A stretch of DNA of 20,000 bases from Folioceros fuciformis (GCA_049999805.1 JBNGIO010005869.1:54012-74011), one strand, 5' to 3'; shown: positions 9,917 through 20,000, numbered from the stretch's first letter. Made by a program: numbers and translations. The notes: a model not told the origin generated them from the sequence alone.

Positions 9917-12835
9917 CATCTTGTTTAATGTTGGATGCAAGGAGTTTGTAGCTCTTCATTAGTCTCTTTGACTTCATCAAGAGGTTGAAGCACTTTCTGT
10001 CTCTTGCAAATAACACTATTGCAATACAATGTCAACAAGGCAACCAAACTATTGGAGCTGTACTTTGGAACTGCCATTGAGTGAGTACATGTCCGAGCTA
10101 AATGCAATACACAAACCTTCCTCCTTAAGTTGGGCAGCTCTCAGCACTAGTTTTAGTTCATTTGCTCAATGGTATGCAAGGAGTATACTTCTTGCAATAT
10201 GCAAGAATTTCACCTTCTCTGCTAAGAGTTTATGGGCACAACAAGTGATGTTAGGGCCAAGTAAGTATAATGGAAGCCTAGATTTCCACAAGTTGTGGGC
10301 TGTAATCATTGGAGGATCCCTCACTATGTATGGGAAGAAATTCAATGGCTTTCTCTCATGTGTTTATGTTCAATAAAACCTAAAGTTACACCATCCACTT
10401 CCATCCACGCATTGACTAAAGTCATAAGGGTAAATGAAGTACACAAGATGGTAACTATTGTGCAAGAAAATCAAACCAACTGCCTCTCCAAGAGTATCTT
10501 GCATTTGACCTACTAAGTGTACAGACACCTATAGGAAGACCACTTACAAACTTGTTTCTACATTGGGGATATGATGGAGATTGAAAAGGAGTTTCAAAAG
10601 AATGACCTTGGAACCATTGATGGGTTACACGAGCAAACAAGGATTCAAAATGCTGAAGATCTGGATTGTAAACTGGTGGCCCTCATTATATTCTTAGGCC
10701 GCACTCTAGGTCAATTATGCTCTTGTGAAGCTATTGAAGAATACACATGCCTTAGCTATTCTTCATCATTGAAGTTCTTAAAGTGTCTTGCTCCAGTGTA
10801 AGCTATTCCCAAACTACAACAATCTAGGTCAATTATGCTCTTGTGAAGCTATTGAAGAATCCACATGCTTTAGCTATTCTCCATCATTGAAGTTCTTAAA
10901 GTATCTCTCTCAAATGGAAGCTATCAAACTCTATCATAGAGATGGCTAATTGGTTTATGAGAACATTGTGAAAGGATTTGTAAATGATGGCAGACATGAG
11001 AAGCAACTACCCAGAAAGCCAGAAAGACTTCAAAAAGACTTACAAATGTGTACAGATCCAACTTCTCATCAAGTTCAAGCAACTCAAAATCTAGTAGGCA
11101 TTCTCTCTTCAAATTATTGGACTACTTCTTGTTGTATGTTGTTTTATAAAATCTAATAACATAGGTTTACGTAAAAATTAATATGTTTCGTAAACTTTTG
11201 ACTCTAGCAGGAAGACAGTGTGAAGATTAAGAAATCAAACAAGTCACACAACCTAAAGAGTGGGACACAAAGATTGAATGTTGTCCATTCAAATGATATA
11301 GGCTTCAAGTTGCAAAGAATGAAATCAGAGAATCAACATACCAACCCCATCAGTTATGGTTATGGTGACGAAGACATTGAAAGTTCAGCTGCAAGAAGGG
11401 CTCGTATCAATTTTCCTCATACTTTTACCGATTTGAATAGATGGTTCATTTCAAGGAAGAAGATCATGCAAGCTAAACCAACAAGCATTTTAACACAACA
11501 TCACAACAACAAGCGTACCTCCTTTCTCATGAGATTGCAACATGAACTTCTTACTAAAGTGAGTTGCCCATCACATGTAAGTATGTTATAATCACTTATT
11601 TTTTACTTTACTTTTGCAATTACCAAAATATGATACTATAATAACATATGAGATTGAAACTTTTGACCTTGTGCATAATGTAGGTGACAAGTCATGCAAC
11701 TATTAATAACATACAACAAGTTCAAAAGATGTGCCTCTCATGCATTGAAGAAAACAATATTTTAAATTTAGCATCAGGTAATGATAGTTATATTATGTGA
11801 TCCAAAATACTGTAGTCAACAAAATAAAATATATAATTCTATTACAAAATAATGTGGTGTAGGATATAGGAAACTTGATCTCTTTCCTCCATAATCATCT
11901 TCGACCAACCAAAGTAATGTGAACACAAAATTGCATGTGAAATCTTTGTATTTCAACATAAACTTATGATTTGGTGCAGGATTCCATATTGCTAAACATC
12001 GAAACATATGTTTAAGAGCCATATTAGGTTTGCCAGAAAGAGGTCATTCGGAAGGAAGTAATCCAAGTGCTAAGGAACCCTCAAATCTTAACATCAAGTT
12101 CTATACTTTGTATAGAAAGCCACAATACTTATTCATTGAAAATTATTACAATCAAAACAAGCATATTAAAGAGCCATTCTATGGAAGAAAATCTCTATGG
12201 AACCAGCCACTACCATCAGAGTGTTGGGCATTTATGGGTATAGATTGTGTTGTCTTTCTCAGATTGAAACATGGAGGAGTAATTCTTGAACAAATTGTCT
12301 TCTAACCATGCGTGATTTTGCAGAAAAAATAATGAATTTATGTTCTCAAAAGACATATAATGTTCATGCACTTAGTATGACAAAAGATATCATGTATCAA
12401 AGTTTTGATGTAAGTAATCTTTTTGCTTGATTATGGTGTGGGCATTGATAATTATCCTTATTTTGATTGATGATTAGTTTATGAATGTATGCAGCATATT
12501 ATAAGTATAACAAGATTGCTTCATTCGTTCCAGAGCTATCTACTGCAATGTTACCTAGAAGCTACTCTTGCTAATGATTTACTACCACAACCTTCAAGGT
12601 ACTTATTTTACCTCTAATGTTTTGTTATATGCTCACATATTACTTGATATCACACTTAGGATTTTTATTGATCACATTTCTAGTTTTTTTATGCAGTAAT
12701 AGTGCTTGACTTTGCAGGATCGATGTGATGGAAAGTCCGTTTATAATTTTTAGATGTAAATTAGCACATGCATTTTTGTGCAAATATGGCAACAGAGTAT
12801 TTATAATATCTTATCGATCTATGGAAGATACTTAA
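9917..12835 (+). pseudogene. Disrupted AT-rich multi-exon gene of unknown family
   Basis: Exons ~9917-11093, 11211-11558, 11684-11777, 11863-11913, 11980-12237, 12324-12409, 12495-12598, 12718-12835 have GT/AG boundaries with matching phases (0,0,1,1,1,0,2). The later exons are open except for one TAA in 11863-11913. The first large exon has several in-frame stops and two frameshifts. No start codon was located. Confidence 0.6.
10705..10935 (+). repeat. 118-bp tandem duplication (2 copies)
   Basis: TCTAGGTCAATTATGCTCTTGTGAAGCTATTGAAGAAT(A/C)CACATGC(C/T)TTAGCTATTCT(T/C)CATCATTGAAGTTCTTAAAGT... starts at 10705 and again at 10823. Confidence 0.92.
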
Positions 12836-13298
12836 GGGAATAGTTTTTTATTAATAAAAATTAAATGTGGAGTCTGAATAGTTTTAGTAGAGAGATAAGG
12901 TAAATAGAGAAATAAATATCCCTTATTTAAACTTAAGTGTATAAGTTCCCACATTGGTTGTATGCATTGCGACTCTACTTGTAGATTAGGAGCTTAGATG
13001 TTCCTTTTCACCTTGATCCTCGTCTTTTGTAGTTGTTAGCTTCTTCTAATTGTTTCCTTCCTGTAACTTGATGTATCCTAACATTATTGTAAGAGAATTA
13101 CATGTTTTGTCAAAGTACATCATAGTTAAAACTTTACCGTAGAGCTAGTTTCAAAAATCAATAGCATTGTAAAAATTATAAATGGTGTTGAACTACCCTA
13201 ATCATATTTCATGCTACTTAACAATTTTAATCCATAACTATAATTTGGATATTTATCTTATAACTACTTGGTCTTCTTTGCACAATGTGTATCCATTG

Positions 13299-13510
13299 CT
13301 TTGCAAAGAGGTGTTAGCCAATGCATTCTTTAGAAGAATGACAAGTGAAGGCCCGGCAGCACCTCTTTGCAAAGAGGCATTAGCTAACGCAGTCTTTTAG
13401 AATAGAGATAAGGTTTTGCAAAGGGGCATTGGCTAACGCAATCTGTAAAACAGAGACAAGTCTTTGCAAAGGGACATTGTCTAACGCAAGTCTTTAGAAC
13501 AGAGATAAGT
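13299..13510 (+). repeat. ~48-bp minisatellite, 4 diverged copies
   Basis: Unit of about CTTTGCAAAGRGGCATTRGCTAACGCARTCTTTAGAAYAGAGAYAAGT at 13299, 13365, ~13414 and 13462, with an 18-bp interruption after copy 1. Confidence 0.9.
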
Positions 13511-13849
13511 GCAAGTCAAGTGCACTTAGTTGCAGGTAGGTCTTTTGTTGTTGCATTATGATACTTTGGGAGCTATTTTGCATGGTATTGTTTTTCAAGC
13601 TAAGTAATTTTGGAATGATATTCGTGGAGGCTGGTGCCTTTTTGCCAAGTTTTTGGGCAATTCCTCTTCACTCGGATATATAGATATTAAAATTTTATTC
13701 TTTATTATTATTATCTTATATGTAAATATAAATATCTTATCTCATGTAACAATCATAAGCTCCTAGGTTTTAGCTTGGGTTCAATTTGAGTTACATAGAT
13801 TTTTTCTTTCACTTCCTTTTAACAAACTCTTCGCATAATTATGAATTTG

Positions 13850-14630
13850 ACGAGGTTCCATCTTGGCTTGGTCCAACCGTTGGCCTTGTCTTTTTTTCTT
13901 GTAGCTGTGGGGTCCTCTCGGCAACCTCGTGATCCACCTGGCGCGTTGCCCTATTCACAGACAGCACATCACCATCCATAATGTAGTGAGGGATGTTATG
14001 TTTTCTTTCACCAAGGAGGGTGGTTTCTTCCCCTACAAGGAGCACCCGTACACCTTGCTCAACGGCGTCTCCCTCCTTTTCCTAACCAAAGGGGACCAAG
14101 TTTCTATAGCGGATGTGGTTGTCACAGACCCCACTTGGACAACCATCAGCGAGCACATCATTATTAACCCCCCGGGTTGGTTGGTAGAAGGAAACGCGAC
14201 AAGGAAGACTTGCAAGTATAGTCCCATGCAGTAGGGTGACTTGTTCATCCCCCTCTCTGAGTTTTTAAAGACCTGTGTGAAGGCCCATCACGTCAGTAGG
14301 AGCAGCGTAGGGCTTCCCCTATCTAGCGTGGTGGCATTTTTCTGGCAACGAGTTTCGATTTTGCTACAAGAGGCCCTGGCAAACGCAATTTTTCAGACAG
14401 CATGAAGAACAACGAATGCAGCTTCAGCGGCCCTCATGGTAAGTAGGTCATACCTTGTACTTGAATATGACATCTTGGTGGCTAGAAGGAGTTCCAGGCT
14501 AGGCGAACGAGGAAACTAGGCCTTATTCTTGGCTTTTCCCCGTTGTAGATTGTTCCCTTATCATGGGTAGATGGAACTTCATCTCTGTGTTTTTTCCACT
14601 TCCATCTCTTTTTTTTTTCCAATAAAGTCT
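13850..14630 (+). mobile_element. Decayed 3' fragment of an RLE-type (CRE-clade-like) non-LTR retrotransposon
   Basis: Motifs occur in the expected order: RFHLGL (RLGL-like), CCHC knuckle CSCG...IHLARC (across frameshifts), IHNVVRD, KE, ADVVVTDP, RKTCKY, FIPL, FFWQRVSILLQEALANAIF. In-frame TAG at 14232. A T-rich 3' region ends in AATAAA at 14621. No RT domain is visible. Confidence 0.75.
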
Positions 14631-15053
14631 TCAGATGCCCTAATTTGATAGGGAGTACGTGAAGCAGGCAATGAATGCTATTCAGTAAGCCAAAAAAACA
14701 GCAATGCATACACATGGCGACTTTTGACAGGCGACGTTTGGGTGGTTCGCAGCTCGGGAAACGATTCTGCCGATTTGTTACATGCATGCGATTCGGTAAC
14801 TAAGGGCAGCGCCATTTTCGGAGAGCAACGCTGGCGCCATACCGTTTCGTCTACGAGGTGCAGGGAAGGGCGCCCTGCTCCTCGACGTGTGTGGGAGTGT
14901 ACATTAGTTCGGTCCCTGGTTCAGAAAAGTACTGTCAGTGGCATTCCAGTAGGGGAGTGTCCCTGCGCAAATGCCCTTGATTCTTGACGGAGCTGGAGTG
15001 GTGCCTGAGCTTTTGATGCCCTAACGCTTTTGTTCTTCGAACGTTTTCCTACA

Positions 15054-16812
15054 ATGGGGGAACAGGTGGCGGATCTGCTGAAAGGGAGTAGCGTGCCATG
15101 GATCTTGGGAACTGTAGTGGTTGCCACGGTCCTCGTTTTCCTTCTCTCTTCCAGGAAATCTTCGCAGAAGTATCCGCCCGTGGTGTCCACCCTGCCGCTT
15201 ATTGGTGGCTTTCTCAAGTTTCTTGGAGGTCCCATTGTCCTCATCAGGGAGCAGTACGAGAAGTTGGGAAGCGTTTTCACCGTTAAAGTCCTTACCAAGA
15301 ACATCACTATCCTGATTGGTCCGGAGGTTTCCACGCACTTCTTCAAAGCGGCGGAGGCGGATCTGAGTCAAAAGGAGGTGTACCAGTTCAATGTTCCTAC
15401 TTTTGGCAAGGGCGTTGTTTTTGATGTAGACTATTCTGTTCGCATGGAGCAGTTCCGCTTCTTCACCGAGGCTCTGAAAGTGAGCGCAATGAAGAAGTAC
15501 GTGGAGTACATGGTTGAGGAGGCACAGGTAGCTTCTCTTCCATTTTGGGACGTGACATCTCAGTCAATCACATTTTGTGTTTTGCTGTTGCATGCTGGAC
15601 TTGCCTGACAACCTCAGCTGTAGGGTCTTTTGAAAGTTTCGTTAGTCCGTAGACAGTCAGTTTTGCTGACAATTTGGATGCTGGATGGCTGCAGTTGTAC
15701 TTCTCCTCCTGGGATGAAGAGGGGGAGGTAGACTTGAAAGCGGAACTTGAAAAGCTTATTATCCTTACAGCTAGCAGGTGCTTGCTAGGAAGTGAAGTTA
15801 GAAACCAGCTGTTTGACAACGTGAACAATCTCTTCCATGATCTTGACAATGGGATGCAGCCCATCAGTGTGATCTTTCCTTATCTCCCAATACCTGCCCA
15901 CAAGCGCCGTGATAAAGCCCGCCAAGAGCTGGCGGACGTTTTTGCCAAGATTATCAGAGGCAGGAAGGCTTCTGGCAAGAGAGAAACTGACATGCTGCAG
16001 ACCTTCATTGACTCGAAGTACAGGACTTCAGGGCGCTCAACAACTGAAGAGGAATGTACAGGGCTGCTGATTGCAGCTCTCTTCGCTGGACAGCACACAA
16101 GTTCAATCACCTCAACTTGGACTGGTGCTTACCTGATTAGGTGTGCCATTCTGATCCTTGGAGGTGGTTGGGTCAGTGGCTGCAAGCACGTTTATATCTT
16201 GTAGAGGAGGTTTTGACCGCTGTTTTTCTCAATGCTTTGTTGTCTTTGCGCAGTAATAAGGAGTACCTGAAGCTAGTCGTGGAGGAGCAGCAGGATGTGA
16301 TGAAACGCCATGGAAGTGCCCTGGATTATGACATTCTGAGTGATATGGACTTCCTTCACAGGGCCATGAAGGAGGCTCTCCGTCTTCACCCTCCGCTCAT
16401 TTTGCTTCTGCGCTATAACCACACAGATTTCAGTGTCACGACCAAGGATGGAAAGGAATACGTGGTGCCAAAGGGTCATATTGTGGCCACCTCACCAGCG
16501 TTTGCCAACCGGCTTTCTCATGTTTTCAAAGATCCAGACACGTATGATCCTAGCCGTTTTGCTCCACCGCGGGAGGAGGATAAGGGTGCTGGAGGGTTTT
16601 CTTACATCTCTTTTGGCGGTGGAAGGCACGGTTGTTTGGGCGAGACTTTTGCCTACATGCAAGTGAAGACAATCTGGAGCGTTCTTCTACGAAATTTTGA
16701 ATTTGATCTCATCGGCCCATTTCCGGATATAGACTGGAATGCCATGGTGGTAGGTCCTAAAGGCAAGGTACCAGCTCGGTACAAGCGCAGGATTCTCTTC
16801 CCGGCCGAGTGA
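15054..16812 (+). CDS. CYP51G1: Sterol (obtusifoliol) 14-alpha-demethylase, cytochrome P450 CYP51G, 492 aa
   Basis: Exons 15054-15527, 15695-16140, 16254-16812 (1479 nt). N-terminal membrane anchor, YQFNVPTFGKGVVFDV, I-helix AALFAGQHTSSITSTW, KEALRLHPP, heme motif FGGGRHGCLG. Confidence 0.96.
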
Positions 16813-17163
16813 CTGTGGCGGATGCTCTGATGCTACCAGTGACTTCACCCATCGGTGTGACAGTTTTCAACGGTGATTCCGACAGCTGTTAGTTTGACTT
16901 CACGGCCCAGCTGTGGACGCCTAGTTCGGCCCGTTGGTGCTTGATACTGCGGTTCCTCTACTTTTTGGTCGTGGCCCAGTATTTTATTTCCTGGTTCTTT
17001 CTGTTGGACACGGAATCCAGGATGCGTCTAGGTGACTTTTGGTGTTGGACAAGATGGCCGACATGATGCGAAACTTTAGTGTCCGTTCGCAGTGTCGACG
17101 CCTTGACCCAGGTGGAGCGAGATCCGGATTTCTTTGGAAATGTCGTTCATCCTTTTTTTCCCC

Positions 17164-18832
17164 TTACAATGGCATTTGCAGAAGGTAGGATGCCTGTTCT
17201 TGAAATAGCTGAGTAGTGTGGCTCAAATTATTCTGCAGTCTTTTGAGTTCTGCTTTCAGCTGCAGGATTGCCATATCTTTTGTCTCCAACGCAGCTTTCA
17301 CACGTTCGGCCAGACAATCTATGTCATGCATCTGCAGAATATGGATGCATATCAGAGAGTATGAAAGCCGTGCAAACAATGTTAATGTTTGCAGTACGTC
17401 GTGGGCTTTACCTTTTGCTGTTTGTACGCCAGGACTGCCATCGCATGTTTCTCTTCATGTTCTTTCCTCTCTTCCTCCCATTGAGCTTTTCTGTCGGCGA
17501 GCTCTTTATCTGTGCCATGATCGGGGAATTAGCGACTTGGCTGCCACGCTGTACGTGCTTACGTTCCATGTGTAGAAGTGATCTCACTGAAGTTCGCAAT
17601 TCTCTCCTGGTGCATTCTGTCAAAGCATTGGAGTTTCAATTTCCAATCCTCTTCCTGTCAATTACCCAAGTCACTGGCCCGTGTTACAGCAAGGAGTGGA
17701 ATTGTTCCCGGCAGTGCATGGGTTTCCAATAAGTGTACATCGATGATTCAAATTTAGGTCAAGCACAAGCTGCAGACCTTCTGTTGGTGGTAGGCTCGGG
17801 CTTCTTCCATCTTGGAAAACACAGAAGCAAGTTCCCCTTCCAGATGACCCGCCTGATCTCTCCATGCCTCGTTGGTGGAGACCTCCCTCATCAGTTTGCT
17901 TTGTGTCTGTTGAGAATGAAGGATGAGTGTCAGCTCCTTGTAGATATCACTTTTGCAGCTGCAAGCTCCCGGAGTTTAGTAGGAGCCAGTCTGACCTTGT
18001 CGAAATGCCCCTGGTGCTCTTGTGTCAGAAATGCAATTCTGGCCTCGTAGGTCTCCCGCAGAGTGTGCAGCACCCGCTGGTGCTCCTCTTCTTCACGTCG
18101 ACATTTGTCATCGAAGGCTTCCTGCCTGGCTCCGCGCTCCTGATACATTTAATGGTCTGAGGGAAAATCTTCGCGCGTTGCTCTCAGCGGATTTCTACGA
18201 CACAGGACATAAGTTACCTCGGTGAGCCTGTCCGTTTGCTCGGAAAATTGAGCTTCAAGACTGCGGCACCTTCCCTGGAAGAACTGGACTCGTGCCTCCA
18301 GTTTCTTCTTCTGCTTTACGTTCTCCAGCTTCAATGCTTCGATCTTCTTCACCTTCCTTTTCAACTTCTCCTGAATTGCTTGCACCTCTTTCTGCCACCG
18401 CGGTCACATGCGCAAGGTACTACTGTTTCAGCTTCTACAATTGCAATGCTTTCAAATTGTCCCCGGCCCGAGAGCTAGCCTAGGCCCTAGCCTGTGCCCC
18501 TGCCAAGCACACGTCTCAGAGATCTTCACCTCATGCTCCATCTGTGCCTGGATTCGAATCACTTGCAGCGCCGCAGGCTCTTCGATGAGACAAGCGATCC
18601 CCGCCACAGCAGCGCCTTTGTCACCGCATTTGATGGACCCATCCCACTCCCTCCTGATTTGAAGTCCCTGCATCGTGGAAGGCCGCAGCGAGGGGCAGGC
18701 CCTGGGCTCGCTTCCCGATACAGGCGGCCGCGGGCTCAGATTGGAGCGCACTTGCGATCTCAACGCCTGGACAGAAACCTTCAGTTGCTGGTACCTCTGA
18801 ATCTTCTCCCCCAAAGTCTCTTTTTCGGCCAT
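17164..18832 (-). CDS. Coiled-coil protein with CEP131/AZI1-like C-terminus (~360 aa as modelled; 5' end uncertain)
   Basis: Phase-consistent exons 18832-18530, 18391-18218, 18139-17996, 17906-17778, 17654-17588, 17509-17412, 17331-17164. Heptad-rich E/K/Q sequence ends in ...HDIDCLAERVKAALETKDMAILQLKAELKRLQNNLSHTTQLFQEQASYLLQMPL. Confidence 0.75.
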
Positions 18833-19380
18833 GCTGTCTGCCTTTGTCGGGAACGTCATGTCAGGAGCCGGTATGTGGGGCCTGTGCTGTTGCTGGAAAC
18901 AAGCATGCCATTCGTGTCAGATGCCTCCCTCGACTCCGCATTTGGCTCGGTAACATTTTCAGCGGGAAGAAGGAACAGCCCATTTGGTGCTGCTCACTGG
19001 CGGTGGATGCATCATGCACACTCCTGCAGTCTGCTCAGATCGAAGTACAGCTCTATTGGAAGCACTCAGAGTCTGGTGTAGGACACCAGACAGATTGTGG
19101 ATTGAGAGGGAAGAAACCGGGCCAAACCAGTGCGACTTGCTGTAATCAGTTAGCTGCTCCACCCACGGTGAACAGTTATACGAGGTGCAGTGTCACCAGC
19201 GTTAGCCCAGTTCCGTGGGTATGTACATACGTACTTAGTGTTCGTCAACAACATGACGAGATCCCTAATTGGTAATTAGGGTAAGGAAGCGGGGTTGTAC
19301 TAGGATAGTTTGATTTGCCTCTTTCCTTCTCTCTCCATCTAACTCTCTACTATGGGCTAATAGGTAATAGTATTCCATAG

Positions 19381-19389
19381 AATATATAT
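19381..19389 (+). promoter_or_regulatory. Candidate TATA box for the lectin ORF
   Basis: AATATATAT about 130 bp upstream of the ATG at 19519. The AT-rich context weakens the call. Confidence 0.3.
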
Positions 19390-19518
19390 CGGTTACAAGT
19401 ACTTTCTTGTAAATCAGGCCAAGCATCTTGCAAGGAAGAATCTTTGTTTACCAAATATGATTAGGTATTGATGAAATAATTTTATATTTTTTTGAATCAA
19501 AATTCTTCACATAGTTCC

Positions 19519-20000
19519 ATGGCTATTCTATCATGCATGTTCATCTTTTTGATCTTCGGCACCAGAACCTTTGCAGTCCTTGGAAAGAATACTTTATCAC
19601 AAGGAGAAATTTTGAGAGCTTTTGGTATAGAGAACACCGATTTTCTCATAGAGAATGTCTTTTACATGTACATTAATGATAAATGTGAGATGGTAATTTG
19701 CACGCAAGATTCTTTTACATCTCAAATACTTTGGGTTGGAAGCACTAACAAACAATATGAACCTGGCTTGTGCACTAAGACATTTCTTCGTATGGAATCA
19801 ACTGGTAGTGTTGTGCTATATTCAAACACCTTACCTACTCTATCACCAAAAAAAATTTGGTCCATCAATCCGAAAATAAGTCCTAATAATCAATTGGTAA
19901 GCTTTTATTTGCGACTAAGATTTGATGGAAGTTTACACATTTACCAGCATGTAAATGGGAGTTTGGTCTCGGAGGATAGATCTATATGGACGAATAAAGA
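19519..20000 (+). CDS. Secreted bulb-type (GNA-related, beta-prism II) lectin-domain protein, partial
   Basis: Stop-free to the window edge, so it is missing from the ORF track. Signal-peptide-like MAILSCMFIFLIFGTRTFAVLG is followed by KNTLSQGEIL...FYMYINDKCEMVIC...ILWVGSTN...FLRMESTGSVVLY...KIWSIN...YLRLRFDGSLHIY...SIWTN, i.e. three B-lectin subdomains each followed by a Trp. Confidence 0.75.
   Translation, partial: MAILSCMFIFLIFGTRTFAVLGKNTLSQGEILRAFGIENTDFLIENVFYMYINDKCEMVICTQDSFTSQILWVGSTNKQYEPGLCTKTFLRMESTGSVVLYSNTLPTLSPKKIWSINPKISPNNQLVSFYLRLRFDGSLHIYQHVNGSLVSEDRSIWTNK

Noticed and set aside
12195..12240. WNQPLPSECWAFM as a Ulp1-like protease catalytic motif
   Set aside because: There is only a weak resemblance to QxxxxxCG, and no upstream His/Asp motif was found.
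13299..13510. CRISPR-like array
   Set aside because: The units are diverged and abut directly without unique spacers (only one 18-bp interruption). The context is eukaryotic with no cas genes, and the unit is explained by retroelement coding sequence.
15054..16812. Triterpene/sterol biosynthetic gene cluster around CYP51 (as with CYP51H in the avenacin cluster)
   Set aside because: The protein keeps canonical CYP51G motifs, and no oxidosqualene cyclase, transferase or other pathway gene is in the window.

Overview
Eukaryotic, intron-containing DNA from a compact, gene-dense land-plant genome. Most introns are 65-170 bp. A CEP131-like gene suggests a flagellate-sperm lineage such as a hornwort, other bryophyte or lycophyte (inference). 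Gene models were built by hand from GT-AG sites and phase consistency. From left to right: (1) a minus-strand small membrane protein with an OCIA-like domain, running off the left edge; (2) a minus-strand F-box/LRR protein with a C-terminal TPR module resembling a bacterial TPR family; (3) minus-strand HOS15/TBL1 (LisH-WD40), 13 exons; (4) an AT-rich island (~9.85-14.65 kb) holding a hidden, phase-consistent but disrupted multi-exon plus-strand gene of unknown family, a 48-bp minisatellite, and a decayed CRE-like (RLE) non-LTR retrotransposon 3' end; (5) plus-strand CYP51G1 sterol 14-demethylase, 3 exons; (6) a convergent minus-strand coiled-coil protein with a CEP131/AZI1-like C-terminus; (7) an AT-rich secreted bulb-type (GNA-like) lectin ORF running off the right edge. 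No CRISPR, rRNA or tRNA is evident. No multi-gene novel system is supported; the best leads are the F-box-LRR-TPR fusion and the hidden decaying gene.
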